A DNA stretch of 64,000 bases from Raillietiella orientalis. Lineage: Eukaryota. The stretch lies in assembly GCA_036172245.1 (NCBI GenBank), contig JAYWIR010000013.1, positions 4,340,001 to 4,404,000 of the forward strand, written 5' to 3'. The translations under genes and the position numbers were made by a program. Position 1 is the first letter of the stretch; every line of letters starts with the position of its first letter. Below, in pieces: positions 36,611 through 48,725 of the stretch. The notes below the pieces were generated by a model that did not search any database, had not been told where the DNA came from, and worked only from the letters and a program-made list of their open reading frames with translations.

Positions 36611-38165
36611 ATCGAATGCTTTCCTCAAGTCGATTGCGACCGCAAGGGCTCCCTCCCCCACCCGACCATCCAACCCCTTGCCGGCGCACGCACCGGAATT
36701 CCGGCGGCGCACCAAGCTTCTTCCATGTTGGAGCTCTAGCCAGGTGGAAGCGTGGAACAGGTTCGCCTCCATGCTTCGCCTGGGAACGGCATATGTCTGT
36801 TCCGGGCTGATGAAGGTGTTGGCAACCCGTCCCAACCTCTCTGCCCAAACCTTAGCCAGCAGCTTGGCGTCCGCATTCACTATTCTGATGAGACGCCAGT
36901 TGTTCATGCTCCTGAGGTCTCCTCCCTTAGGGAGGAGCCGCACCTTTGCCGAACGAAACGAGGCGGGAACGTCACCTGTCTCGCGTATCAGCAAGGTGAG
37001 TTGCTGTACCAGGGGGGTAAGCTCAGCCGCGAAAGTTTGGTAAAACTCCGCGGGCAGACCGTCCTTCCCTGGAGCCTTGCGCCTCTTGAGCTTTCCGATG
37101 CCCGAGAGGATCTCGTCCATCGTGAAAGGCTCGTCGAGGGTCTCTCTCTGCTCCTCCCCGATCGCTGGAGCGCCTTCCGGAAGCAGGAGTCGTGAGACGT
37201 TCCTCTCCGGAGGTGTCCTGGCATACAGGGAGGAGTAGTAACTCCGCAGCAGGCCGCGGATTTGGGCGGGTGCCGAGTGCTCCTGGCCCTGATCGTCCAG
37301 CAAGCTGGCCGATCCGGACTGCCAGGCTTGCCTCTCGGCTTCGGCTCTGTATTCCGCCAGCCTGCGGATGTCGGGGGTCCTGGCGTAACGACGAGCCTGC
37401 AGGTAGGCTTGTTTGTTACGGACCCCGTCACCAAATCCCGCTGGTAGGCGGTGCAGAGGGAACTGGTCGCAGAACTCCTGGACCGACCGCTTGAAGCGGT
37501 CCCAATCCTGGAGTGTCCGTAGCCTGAAACTCCGTAAGAACGTGCGCAGATGTTCCGCAGCGTCCGGGAGCTTCAGCCTGTCCCCTGGGAGACGACACGC
37601 TGACGAGGGGGGGCCTCTGTCGCGCGGATGGATCTCGAGGACTAGCGGGCGATGGTCGGACAGCTCGCACGGTAACTTGCCGCGCCTGCCCACGCGAGGG
37701 CACAGGTGATCGTCAAGAAACACGTGGTCAATGCTGTCTCCCATCCCCGGTATCCTGGCCAACAAATCACAGGTGTGCACCGCCATGCACACCTCGTTGA
37801 CCAGGTCACGCTCGGGATTCTGCCCATCTGGTTTCAGGCGAACGTTGAAATCGCCTGCAACCAGATGGGCATTCCGCACTCCTGCTTCGGTCAGCCAGTC
37901 TCGGCGGAGGGCAAGGAAGAACTCTTTTCTCGCCCTCCTGGTCATCAGGTCCGCACCGCTCGGTGCGTACACGTTCGTCACGATCAGATCGATCGAGTCG
38001 GACCACCTGAGAGTCAGCTGGCCGACACGACCGTGATCGTCGAACCGCACGCCCCGAGCCGCGGCATCGACGGCTGGCCGAAGCAGGTAGGCGACACCGC
38101 AACTTTTCGCTCTCCCACACCTGTACCATAGCCGCCCTCCGGAGATCCGTTCGATCTCTTGCGCT
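36611..38165 (-). mobile_element. F4 internal ORF2 fragment (APE to RT KAFD); inverted near-copy of about 32970-34520
   Basis: The 521-aa ORF is nearly identical to the translation of 32816-34520. Confidence 0.92.
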
Positions 38166-41100
38166 CGTACAGTGCAGACGTGTTTCCGCGTTTATCCGCG
38201 CCAACGATCGGGCAACTGTGTGCCTGCGGTTTTGCTCGCACTTGTGTGTTCCTGTGCAATCTGCCAAGTAGCATAGTGCAACTTGGCCAGTACACAGGAT
38301 AGTGTGGAGGAGCAAGCCACTGGATGCACTTCAGCTGCACTTGAAGCGGCCGCATCCTCCGTAATGGTTTCCTCGCCCCCGGTGCGGAGTTACGCCGCCG
38401 TTACCTCACAAAAACCAGGACCCTGCGATGCGGAGTTCCAGGCATATGTGTCATCAGGATACATGCCTGCACTCCGTTATAAGGTCAGTGGGCCACTTAA
38501 CGGGAGAATCGGTCGTGAGCTCAATGATGAGCTCGTCCGGATAGGCGTTCGCGAGGAGGAACTCCTTGCCATAATGCCTGCTGGCTGGATGGAATATACG
38601 AAGATTCGGTGCAAGAACGCAGCACTTGTGCAGCGCCTTCTCCGTACGCCGTTGACCATCAATGGCAAGGAAGTCCTACCTACCGCGATGGACGACTCTT
38701 TTTTCGTTCAATTGTGCGACATCGAACCGGAAATCTCCGACCGCGATGTCGTAATTGTGCTGGCGAAGTTAACCACCGTGCACGCTCTGTGGAGGAGGCC
38801 AAATCCTCTTAAGGATTTTCCCTCTGACCACATTGGACAAGCCTCCGCGCGGATAACCGTAGCGAACAGGCGTGTTGTGCCTGAGCAGCTGCAGGTGAAC
38901 GGCACGGTCGTTCACCTGTGGTTCATAGGCCAGACTCGCGCGTGAGAGCAGTGTGGCAAGGAGGGGCACCGAATTAAAGAGTGCCCCTCTCCAAGATGCC
39001 GCTATTGCAAAGATTCCGGGCACGAAATCAAAAAGTGCCCAATACTTGCAAGAAAAAGAGCCGCAGCGGAAATTCGTCGGGTTCAAGAGACCACTGCACG
39101 AAAAGCCGCAGCGGCAAATAAAAAACGCCGTCCGCAAAAACTCGAAAAAAACCACGAGCGATCCGGGGATAAAAAGAAAGCATCCCCGCGCGCAACGCCC
39201 CGAAAGGGGAAAGTCACGGCGGGGCAGCCAATTAAAAAGGGGCGCGAGGGTTTTACGCGTGCCGTGCCTTCCCTCTCTGCCGAACTCGCAGGCACCTTTC
39301 CGAGCCTGGAACCAGGAAATCTCCGTAACACCGTGGAGGGAAAGGTAGGAAAACAGGAAGATCGCAACAGTGCGAAGACTTCTTGCCCCGTTCCGTTGTC
39401 CCTTCGGAGTTCCGGACAGCCCCACTGCAGCGCAGGCCCCACTACAAAGGCTACGAAAGCCGTAAAAAGCAGCGTCGCGACGAGCAAAAGCACGCTGCAT
39501 GCAGTCGCCCCATCACCGACTCGGCGGGAGAGGAGCAATCTCCCGACTGTCAAGAAGGTGACTCCGTTGCCGTTTTTTGAAGGCGTAGCGAAAGCAACGC
39601 CCCCAGAGAACGCAGCGAAAATCCCGGAGGTTTCCGCAACTACTGTCGCGGAAGCCTCCAAAAATCGCGAAGGCGAATGGAAGGTTGTGGAGAGGAGGAA
39701 AGAAAAATCTCCAAAAAAAGCTCCGCAACCTCCATCCCTGAGCTCTTCCAAAGGAAAAAGCAGTCGCGGGAATACGAAAACACGCGCGGCTTGTGACTCT
39801 TCCAAGGAAAAAGCCAGCGCCTTCAACGCGTGCAAGTCCGCTTCTGTGACCGCCGAGAAGACCATTCCGGTGCAATCGGACGGATGCACGCGCACGTCGA
39901 TCGTGCGAGCATCAGACTCCGCAAAGGAGTCCGATAACGCAGCTGAACGACGCGTAACTCGCGCGGGAGCGAGCGCCCGCAGGGCTGAAGCCCTCAGGCG
40001 TGACACACTCGCCGCGGAACGGCGAGTGCTCACCCCGGAACCCACAGGTTCTGCACCCGGGGAGGAGCACCCGATTACGTGCAGCACAGTTGAGGCCGGT
40101 GGCGACCGCGCCCTGCAGCCCGTCGTGCTGCTTACTGCCCGCTCGCCGGGTGAGGCGAGCACCACGGCCTCGCTTTCCCAGCCGTGATGAGGGCAATCGC
40201 ATCTTCTCGTCGTGTTGCCGTAACGTCTTGGAACGTCAACGGGCTCCAATACGAGGAGAAGAGGCGACTAGTGGCTGACGCTCTGCGCGCCTTCGACTCG
40301 ACGCTACTGCACGAGATTCACAGCATCTCCGGAGAGCAGGCTGCCGAAATCGAACGGCGCGCGGGCGGAACGCTACTTTATAGGTGCGGCGTTGCACGTA
40401 CGTGCGGCGTCGCTTTCCTCGTGCGAGGAACTTTTGCGGGAGCGGTGCGCAGCGTTCGTTTCGACACGGAAGACCGAGTGGGACAGCTTGTACTCAAGTG
40501 GTCCGACTCGATCGACCTTGTCGTAACCAACGTGTACGCGCCGAGCGGTGCTGGACGATAGGCCGAAAGGATTGAGTTCTTCGGTACCCTTCAAAGCAAG
40601 TGGCTCACTCGATCTCACCCTACTGTGGCCCATCTCATTGCGGGGGACTTTAACGTCCACCTGCTTTCCGAGAATAGATCCCACAAAAGGGAAAAGTTGC
40701 TAGCGGAAGAGATGTGCCCGTCCGAGCACGCGTGCAACTTGTTCGCTAGCGACCCTGTTATGGCAGCAACGCCGGACAACGTATACCTTGATGAACACCT
40801 GCTCTGTCGAGTGGGTCGGTGAGGTCCCGTGCCGTCCGTGCTTTCAGACCACAACAGGCTCGTGTTCGAGTTGCTCCCGTCAGGCAATGGGCCTCCAAAC
40901 TGTTTTTGGAGGATGCCGGCAGACTAACTAAGTCACCCGGAGGCGGCTGAGCATCTTCGCCAGTACCTCCTCGGCTTTGCCATAAGTGAGCTCGAGGACT
41001 GGGACGATCTGAAAAGATCGGTCCGCGAGTTCTGCTGCCGGTTTCCCTTGCACCAGCTTCCGCGCGGCTTCGGAGAGGGCGTAGCCAACAGCAGAGATTT

Positions 41101-44100
41101 TCTGCAGGCCCGCTCCTTTTCCAGGCGCGCGGACGTTGGTCGATTATCCGAGTACAAAGCCAAGGCCGAGCGCCAAGTCTGGCAGTCAGGGGCGACAGTT
41201 CTGCTCGACGACCAGGACCGGGAATGCTCGGCTCCAGCCGACGTGCGACGGATAGTGAGGCGCTATGACTCTTCTCTGTATGCAGAGGCACCGACGGAAC
41301 GCAGCCTCTCCCGGCTGCTTCTGCCGATTGATGCACCTGTTGTACACGAGAGGGAACGCGCGCGTCTTGATGAGGCCTTCACGGCAGAGGAAATTTCCTC
41401 GGCCATCTCGGGGCTCAAGAAACGAAAAGTGCCAGGCGAAGATGGACTCCCCACAGAATTCTTTCACTGTTTTGCGGCGGAGCTCATCCCCCTGGTTCTT
41501 CAACTCTCGTCGCTGATGCGAGACGCGGGCGATATCCCCGCCTCGTTTCGCTCAGCGAAGGTGCGTCTACTGCCGAAAGGCGGAGATTTGCGCCAACTGA
41601 CCAACTGGCCTCCGATCACATTAGTGAATTCGGACGTCAAGTTGTTCTGGAAACTTTGGGTGGCGCGGATGGGTAGGATCGCGGAATCCTTGGTAAGTCC
41701 GGAGCATACGTACGCTGTTCCTGGGCGGTCCATGGACGCGAATCTCTTGTTCATCCGCACATGGCTGCAATTGCAGCATCGTGTGGCGGTGGATCGTCGT
41801 GCGGAAGCGACGCCTTCGATCTCTCACCGACGGAGGCGCGGGACGCAAAGGGAGACACCGGGAGCCTTGGCGGTTGCAGTCGATCTGCACAAAGCTTTCG
41901 ATTACGTGAACCAAAAGCTTCTTCTTGAGCTTTTGGAACGTCTGGGTCTTCCGGCATCCCTGTTGGCGTACTTGCGCTCCTGCTGGCGCCACGCGATTAC
42001 ATCCATTGTTTTCAGTGGCTGTGGCGTGTACGGCGTGCCGGTACGACGAGGAATTAGGCAGGGTGACAGCTTAAGCCCGCTACTCTTCAGCATCTATTTT
42101 GAATTGGTGCTGGAGGCTTACAGGCTGACGCTAGCCAACCTGCCGAGCTCCTGTCCAGTCACGCCGGCCGTGGCAGCCTATGCCAACGACCTGCTTCTTC
42201 TGTTGCCCATGTCCACCCCGGCGACATCGCTTGAAGACTTCTTTGAGTTGATTCGTCGCGGTGCGGGCGTGAGCGTTAACAGGAGTAAGTGTATGGTTGT
42301 TCCGGTGGGTGCGACGTGGGAGGGGCAGTCCTACTGGACCAACTTGGAGATCCGCACGGGCAGGTACCTCAGGTACCTTGGCGTGCCGTTGGGCGACTTC
42401 TGCATCTCAGAAGCGTGGTCGGGCTGCCTTCGGAAGGCAGAGCGTGCACTTGGCTCGTTTTCAGGAGGCGAGTTCGTCTTGCCGGAACGGGCCTGTATCT
42501 GGAACACCTTCGTTGCCCCCCTCCTCCGGCCCCTGTTTTTTGTTTGTCCACCCCCCCAGGAAGTCAAAGTCTGGGCGCAGCGCCTTCTACGCAAAGCGTT
42601 GTGGGGCGCTGCAAGATCCCGTGTTAGACTTAAAGACTTGGTGGCGCCGCGTCAGGATGCAGGCTTGGGCATCCTCGACTTAAACAGCAAAGAACTGCAG
42701 GTGCAGTTTCGCATGCTGCGGCTCTGTGCCAAGCTGTGGTGTACGCCGTGGTGCTGACCCGCACGCCTTATACTGAGGCGCTGCACGGGAAGCGAGGGAC
42801 TGCTTTCGTTGCCACCCCACTTTCGGCACACCAGAATAGGGTTTGGCTTCCCGCTGAGGCAGCTGTCCTCACTGCTGGAAGCCCAAAGCTGGATCTCCTG
42901 CCGCCCCATGAACATTAATGCATGGCGACAGGAATCTTTTTCATCGTGGGCAGCTTCCGAAGGAACGCGCCCGCAAGATCTTCGACGCCTGCGACTTCTC
43001 CTCAGTCATCAAATGGACGAAGTCATGGAGGACAAGAAGTTGTCGGATTGTCTGGCCGCCACACGACTCGCCGCAGCGCTGTCTGCCCTGAGGGCAAGCA
43101 ACGACGGTTGCCTACCGGCGGAATGGGAGTTCTCCTGCAAAATAGCGGGAGTCAGTAAGTTCCTCGGCAGCTGGACGACAAAGGAGCTGGTGCAAGCCGC
43201 CACACCTCGGAATCGGGCGAAGGGACTGCTTCGGTGGAGCGAACATTTAAGTGTGCCCCCCGGAGAGATAGTGGTTCCCCCCGTTTGTTTGGACAGCTCC
43301 GTGTTCCCCCTTAAGTGGAAACAAGATGTGCTGCTCTTTTTACATTGTGCATTTCACTGTAATAGGCAGCGAAGCATCGTATCCGGGGGAGCTGCTTTGC
43401 CAAACTGTTTAAGGTGCGGAGAGATCGAGTCTTTTCCGCACCTTTTGCTGGACTGCGGTGACCTCCGGGAACTGTGGCGAAGGCTCACTTCGGCCATCAT
43501 GCCACAAGGAGGCACTGCCATTGATGTGCTGCGGCGCTTCTTCAGCAGAAATGGACTTTCGGTTGGCGCGATTGTCGCAACCATGTGTTGCGTTCGCGCC
43601 ATCGTGAAGGCCCGCTACGCCCAGGAGTTGTCATCGCAGCGAAGGGAGGCTCACCTGCTTGCAACTCAATTCATTTAGGAGGCTTCAAGGTGGTCTCATC
43701 TTCGTGACAAGGTGAATGAGGACATCACCGGCATACATCTCCGGTTTACAGACCTTTGAGAACGGCGTATTCCGGTAACCCCTGCGACCTCTCGCCCACC
43801 CTTACCCCGTCCCCGTTCGCTTGGTGAAATTTCCAGTGCCCATGCTTTTATCCTCGTGTCTTCCAGAGCGATCCCCAAGACCCTTATCCCGTCCTCCTTA
43901 TTCATTGTTGTTATTTTATTTTGGTTTCTTTGTGTTCCCCGCCCCCCCACACCGTTCGCAAAACTGTTACTCTGGCCTACGTGCCAGCAATATTCTCTTC
44001 ATTCTTGTTCAGTCGTCGATTGGGAGTTTGGTTCCCAACTGGTTTATTTTATATAATTGTTTTTTGTTTATATTATATGGAATAAACGCCCCGGCGTTGC

Positions 44101-44110
44101 GAAGTGAGAA
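38166..44110 (+). mobile_element. Full-length degenerate F2 LINE (ORF1 about 38283-40187; ORF2 40187 to about 43759)
   Basis: 5' motif CAGACGTGTTT 38175-38185; TGATG junction 40185-40189; RT motif YAND; several stops; 3' motif 44081-44106. Confidence 0.93.
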
Positions 44111-45975
44111 ATCTCCCGGGCTTGATCTGCGGAGATCACGTGGATCTCCTGCAGCAGCACCAGGTCGAAGGATTTCAGGGTGGCGGCCACGTCACGCTTC
44201 TTGCCGTTGTTGCTTAGCCCGTTGACGTTCCAGCAGGCGATCAGCAGACGACGACAGGAGGCGATTCCCAACTTTATTGCTGGGAAGGTGGCGTTGCAGC
44301 ACCTGCCGCGGGCAGGTGTTGAAGATGTTAATGAAGACGGAAGCCTCTTCAGGCACCTAGGGCACCTGTACGGCCTCCACCCCCTCCATCATTTCAGTGC
44401 CGGAGCGTGGGATTCTCTCGGGCGACAGTCCCGGGAGTTTCCCACGCTCATCGCACCCTCGCTGCCGGAATCCATCTCTTCCCCTTCGTCGGGGGAGACG
44501 ATCTTCCTGGGCTTTGTGGACTTTCGTCCAGCCTTTTTGCGGGGTGCGCTGGAGATGGAAGCTGTGCTTCCTCCCTCCACCTCAAGGTCGGAAGTGGGGG
44601 ACTCCTGAGGGGAGGCCGGACGCCTGACGGCCTTCTTGTCAGCCTTGCGGGAGGCCGGCTGCAACGAGGCAGCCAGTTCCTCCGCGGCGCGCTCGAAGGC
44701 GACGTCATCGAGCGTGGGCTCGATGACGGACGCCGCCGCCTCGCTCCCCTCTTTGTTGACTTTGTCAACGGAGGATTGAGCAGGGGCAGCAGCGAGTTCT
44801 TTAGAGCCGCATTCGTGGATGGCGGGAATCCGCTCTACGACAACGCGGCAGCTTTTGGTTTTTACGTGGCGCGGAGCGGTTTCGCTTCGTTTCGCCTCTT
44901 TCTTTCTTTTCTCAAGGAAGTTTTTCTTGGGGTCGACTTTCTGTTACCCCGACTGTTGACCCTCGACCTAGAACTTTTCGGCGTTTTTCGCCGGGGTCTC
45001 GGGGCTGACCTTCACCTTGGTGGCGAAAGTGACCTCCTTAGCAGCAGCACGAGCTGTTAGCTTCTTTCATTTTTTAGCCGTGCGCTTTCTCGCGTTTTTT
45101 GCGGACACGACGCGGACTGTGTTTTATGGGCACACCAGACGGGTGTGCCCCGCTTGTTTGCATTGCTGGCACTGCACGCTCGGACACTTCATTTTAATGT
45201 GACCTAAGCTGCTGCAGCAACCGCAGGACTTGGGTTTCCCCACGTACCACACGTCCACGGATTCAACGTTGACGGTGAGTTTGTGGGGAAACTCACATCC
45301 CTCGCGAACCGTCACTCGCGCTGCACCCAGGCCGCCAAGCACCCCGTCGTATTCAACAAAAGGAGTAGGCTTACCCCATAGCGCGTGGACAGTAGCAAAT
45401 TTTTCTAATTCGTTCCGGACGGCCTCCTTCGTCATTCGGAACGTGATACCGGTCAGGTAAATGATCACCGACCGGTCTTCAGTAATTGGGAGAAGCCTCC
45501 GTCTGCCCATGATTACGGGGATTCGCAGAAGTCTCTGCGCAAGAGTTGCCTCCTTGCAGATGACTTCAACAAATTGACCCCCGCTTCTGACGGACATTCC
45601 CAGAAGCTCCTCTTTTTGTACGCCGAGAACGCGCATCGCCTGCGAGAAGGCGCTCGCGTTTTCGGGAGAATATAGACCGCCTACCTTATATAGAAGGGGT
45701 GGGTTATACCCCTCCTCCAGGTAAGCGCGCATCTCCGCCATAGCCGCTGGCGTAGGTGCCGCAGCCACGGCGTTCCAAGCCCTGGAAAGGGCCGGGTGCT
45801 CATTCATGCTGACGGAAGCCCCCACTTCCGAGTCCTCCGGCAATGGGGTCATCGCTTCGGGATCCTCACCGGTGGTTGTATCAGGCGTGGCTACCTAATC
45901 CTTTACCTACACCACGCAAAAGCACGAATGCAAACGAAACTCAGGAGAAGCGAAAAGGCACGTCCGTTCGACGCT
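44111..45975 (-). mobile_element. F4-like LINE 5' part (5' UTR, disrupted ORF1, APE N-terminus)
   Basis: 5' motif 45959-45965; PPLLYKVG, CQQCKQAGHTRLVC; WNVNGL...LQEIHVISADQAREI. Confidence 0.9.
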
Positions 45976-48725
45976 TCAGATCTTAAAAGACTGGGACCTG
46001 TTTAAGGACTTGGTCAGGGAGTTCTGCGGACAATTCTTCCTGGACCGCCTGCCCCCTGGGTGTGGCGAGGGTCCTTGCAACCATCGGGTCTATTTACACT
46101 CCCGTCGGTACGAGAAAACCCCTAACGACCTTCACCTAGCCGAGTACCGCGCCGAAGCCGAACGCCAAGCATTGCAATCCGGGTCGTCCAGTTGCTTCGC
46201 GGCAGAGTTGGCACTCCTGGTACTTTAGTTGACAAGGCTCATCCGATACAAAGGCGACGTTTCCGCCTCGTTTCGGTCAGCCAGAGTGATGCTGCTCATT
46301 CAGGGAGGAGACTTGAGAACACTGAACAATTCGCCTTCGGTCACAATTGTGAAAACCTACGCCAAGCTGATTGCTGGACTGTGGGCTTCGCGTCTAGGAC
46401 AGGTGGCAGACTCCATAATTAGCCCGCAGCAGACAGACGCTGTTCCCGAGCGGAGTATCGATGCCAACCTGTTCTTCGCGAGCGCATGGTTTTATGTGCA
46501 AAAATGTCACCATGAAACCGCGACAAGGATTGCCAGCCCCACTTTGGAACAGCCAGCTGAGCTGGGAACGCATACCGAGGCGAGAAAGGGGGCCGTAGCG
46601 ATCGCAGTCGATCTTCACAAGGCGTTCGACTGCGTGGACCAGGAGCTACTGCTGGTGCTCCTGGGTCGCATGGGCTTCCTATCCTTTCTTCTCTCCTAAC
46701 TGCGCTCTTGCTGGCGAAACGAGCAACTCAACGTCTCCTTAAGCTGACAAACAACGTATGGCATGCCGGTGCGGCGGGGCATACGGCAGGTTGATAGCCT
46801 CAGTCCTCTGCTTTTTAGAACCTACATTGAGTTGGTACTGAGAGCGTACATGGGGACTATGGCTGCCCTGCCCAGCTCGTGCGCCGGCACGCCCGCCGTT
46901 GCAGCATACGCCGACGATCTTCTGCTGATGTTGCCCATGTCCGCTCCGTGAGCCGCAGTCGAGGACTTCTTCGACCTCCCAAGCCGTGGGACTGGATTGC
47001 GGGTAAACAAGGCGAAGTCGTCGGTGGTACCGGTGTGGGCGACGTGGGCTGAACGGACTGACTGGATCCGCTTAAAGATCCCCTCGTCCAGATGCCTGAA
47101 GTAACTGGGTGTCATGTTGGGGGATTTCTGCTTTGCAGAAGCATGATCAGGTCGTCTCCAAAAGGTAGAGTTGGCAATCGGCCCGTTCTTGGAAGACAAG
47201 TCCCTTCAACCAGAAAGGGCAGCGGTGTAAAACGCGTTCGCGGCTCCCATCCTCCGCCCCCTGCTTTTTGTTTGCCCCGTTCGCCATGGGTTGAATAAAA
47301 GGACCAAAGACCTTCTCCGCATCGCCCTCTGGGTCAGCGAAAGGTTACGTGTGCCTCTAAAGGACTAATGTGCTCCGCGTCGGGAAGGCGGTCTTGGCCT
47401 TCTGACGCTGGAGCGTTTGGACATGCAGCTGCGATGGCGCACCCTAGCCATTGCAGCAAAGACATGGAACACCGCTTCTTGCGATCCGGCCAACATCTTC
47501 GCCAGCCGTGTATCCAGGACGCAAGGACTCGCGTCTTTTTCTCTGTGCCTCGGCCGGAAGGTCAGGAGATGCGGCCTTCTCCTTAATCACATGGAGGCTC
47601 TGGTGAGGGAAAATGGCTGGACGGTATGCAGCATTGCCAACTCCCTCGCTTGGCTGGAAAAATCAGTTGGGACGCGGGAGAAGTTGGACCAACCTACCGG
47701 ACATGACTGGAACCACCTGCGATTAGGCCCCAAGGCCTGCTGCATTCTACTGACCACCATGGAGTGTCCCGGCAGGAGCACGTGGGCGGAGACCACCCCT
47801 TTAGCTTCGACGCTGCCCTTCTTACGAAGGGCTCTAACCAGCGGCCGGACAACAAAGTGGCAAGTCTCCTGCCGAATTGCAGGCAGAGAAAACAAGATGA
47901 GCGGTTGGACCATGGGAGAACTGGCAGATGCCACGACCCGAGTGCCCTCCCCTGTGGACTTCAAAGAGGGGGCGAGCTGCTCGGCATCCTGACGGATGAC
48001 CTGAAGTGGCCCCCAGTATTACTCGGATCCAGGCTTCTTCCCCTGAAGTGGTAGGAAACGGCGCTGCTGCTGTTGCACTGGGGTCTACCCTGCAACGCGC
48101 ACCGCTTCCACTGGACACGGGGAAGTGTAAGGCCTGAGTGTGCCAGGTGTGGGGAGCGGGAATCGCTCCCCCACCTTCTCGTTGACTGTGCTGTCTTCCG
48201 ATTCCTATGGGAACGGTTCGGGACGACCCTCGGTCTCCCAATGGGCAGCGCGCTCAGAGAAGTTCTTCAGTTTTTCTTCGTGCGGCACGCCTTGCAGCCC
48301 GTAGCAGCCCTTGCAGCGCTCTGCTGGATCCGATTCATCGTGGCGGCGTGGAGCGATACTCGCGACGTGGGAGTGGATGCCAGCGAGAGGGATGTCATCC
48401 CGTATGCGGTCTGCTTCATGCGGAGAGCTGCGAGATGACCCCAACTGGGAAGCATGAGGATGGACCACAAGTGTGTCCTGCTAAAGATGGACCCTCCTAT
48501 CAATGGATTGTGATCCCTTCTCCTCTCTTCAAACTTTTTTCTGTTTTCGTTTATCTTTATTTTTATTTTTGTTTTCTCCCCCATCCCCCTCTACTGCCGA
48601 GGAGCGTCTTGCCGAGCTGCGTCCCGGCGTCCCGGCACGACCGGTGTTCTGTGGCCTTAATTGGGACCGTATACAACGTTGCTGTAGAGTTTTCAAATAA
48701 GCGCCTTGAAGGTTCCCGGGTGTCA
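45976..48725 (+). mobile_element. Degenerate F3 LINE 3' part with an internal deletion
   Basis: DLHKAFD, YADD, CARCGERESLPHLLVDC; many stops; degenerate terminal motif 48696-48722. Confidence 0.9.
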
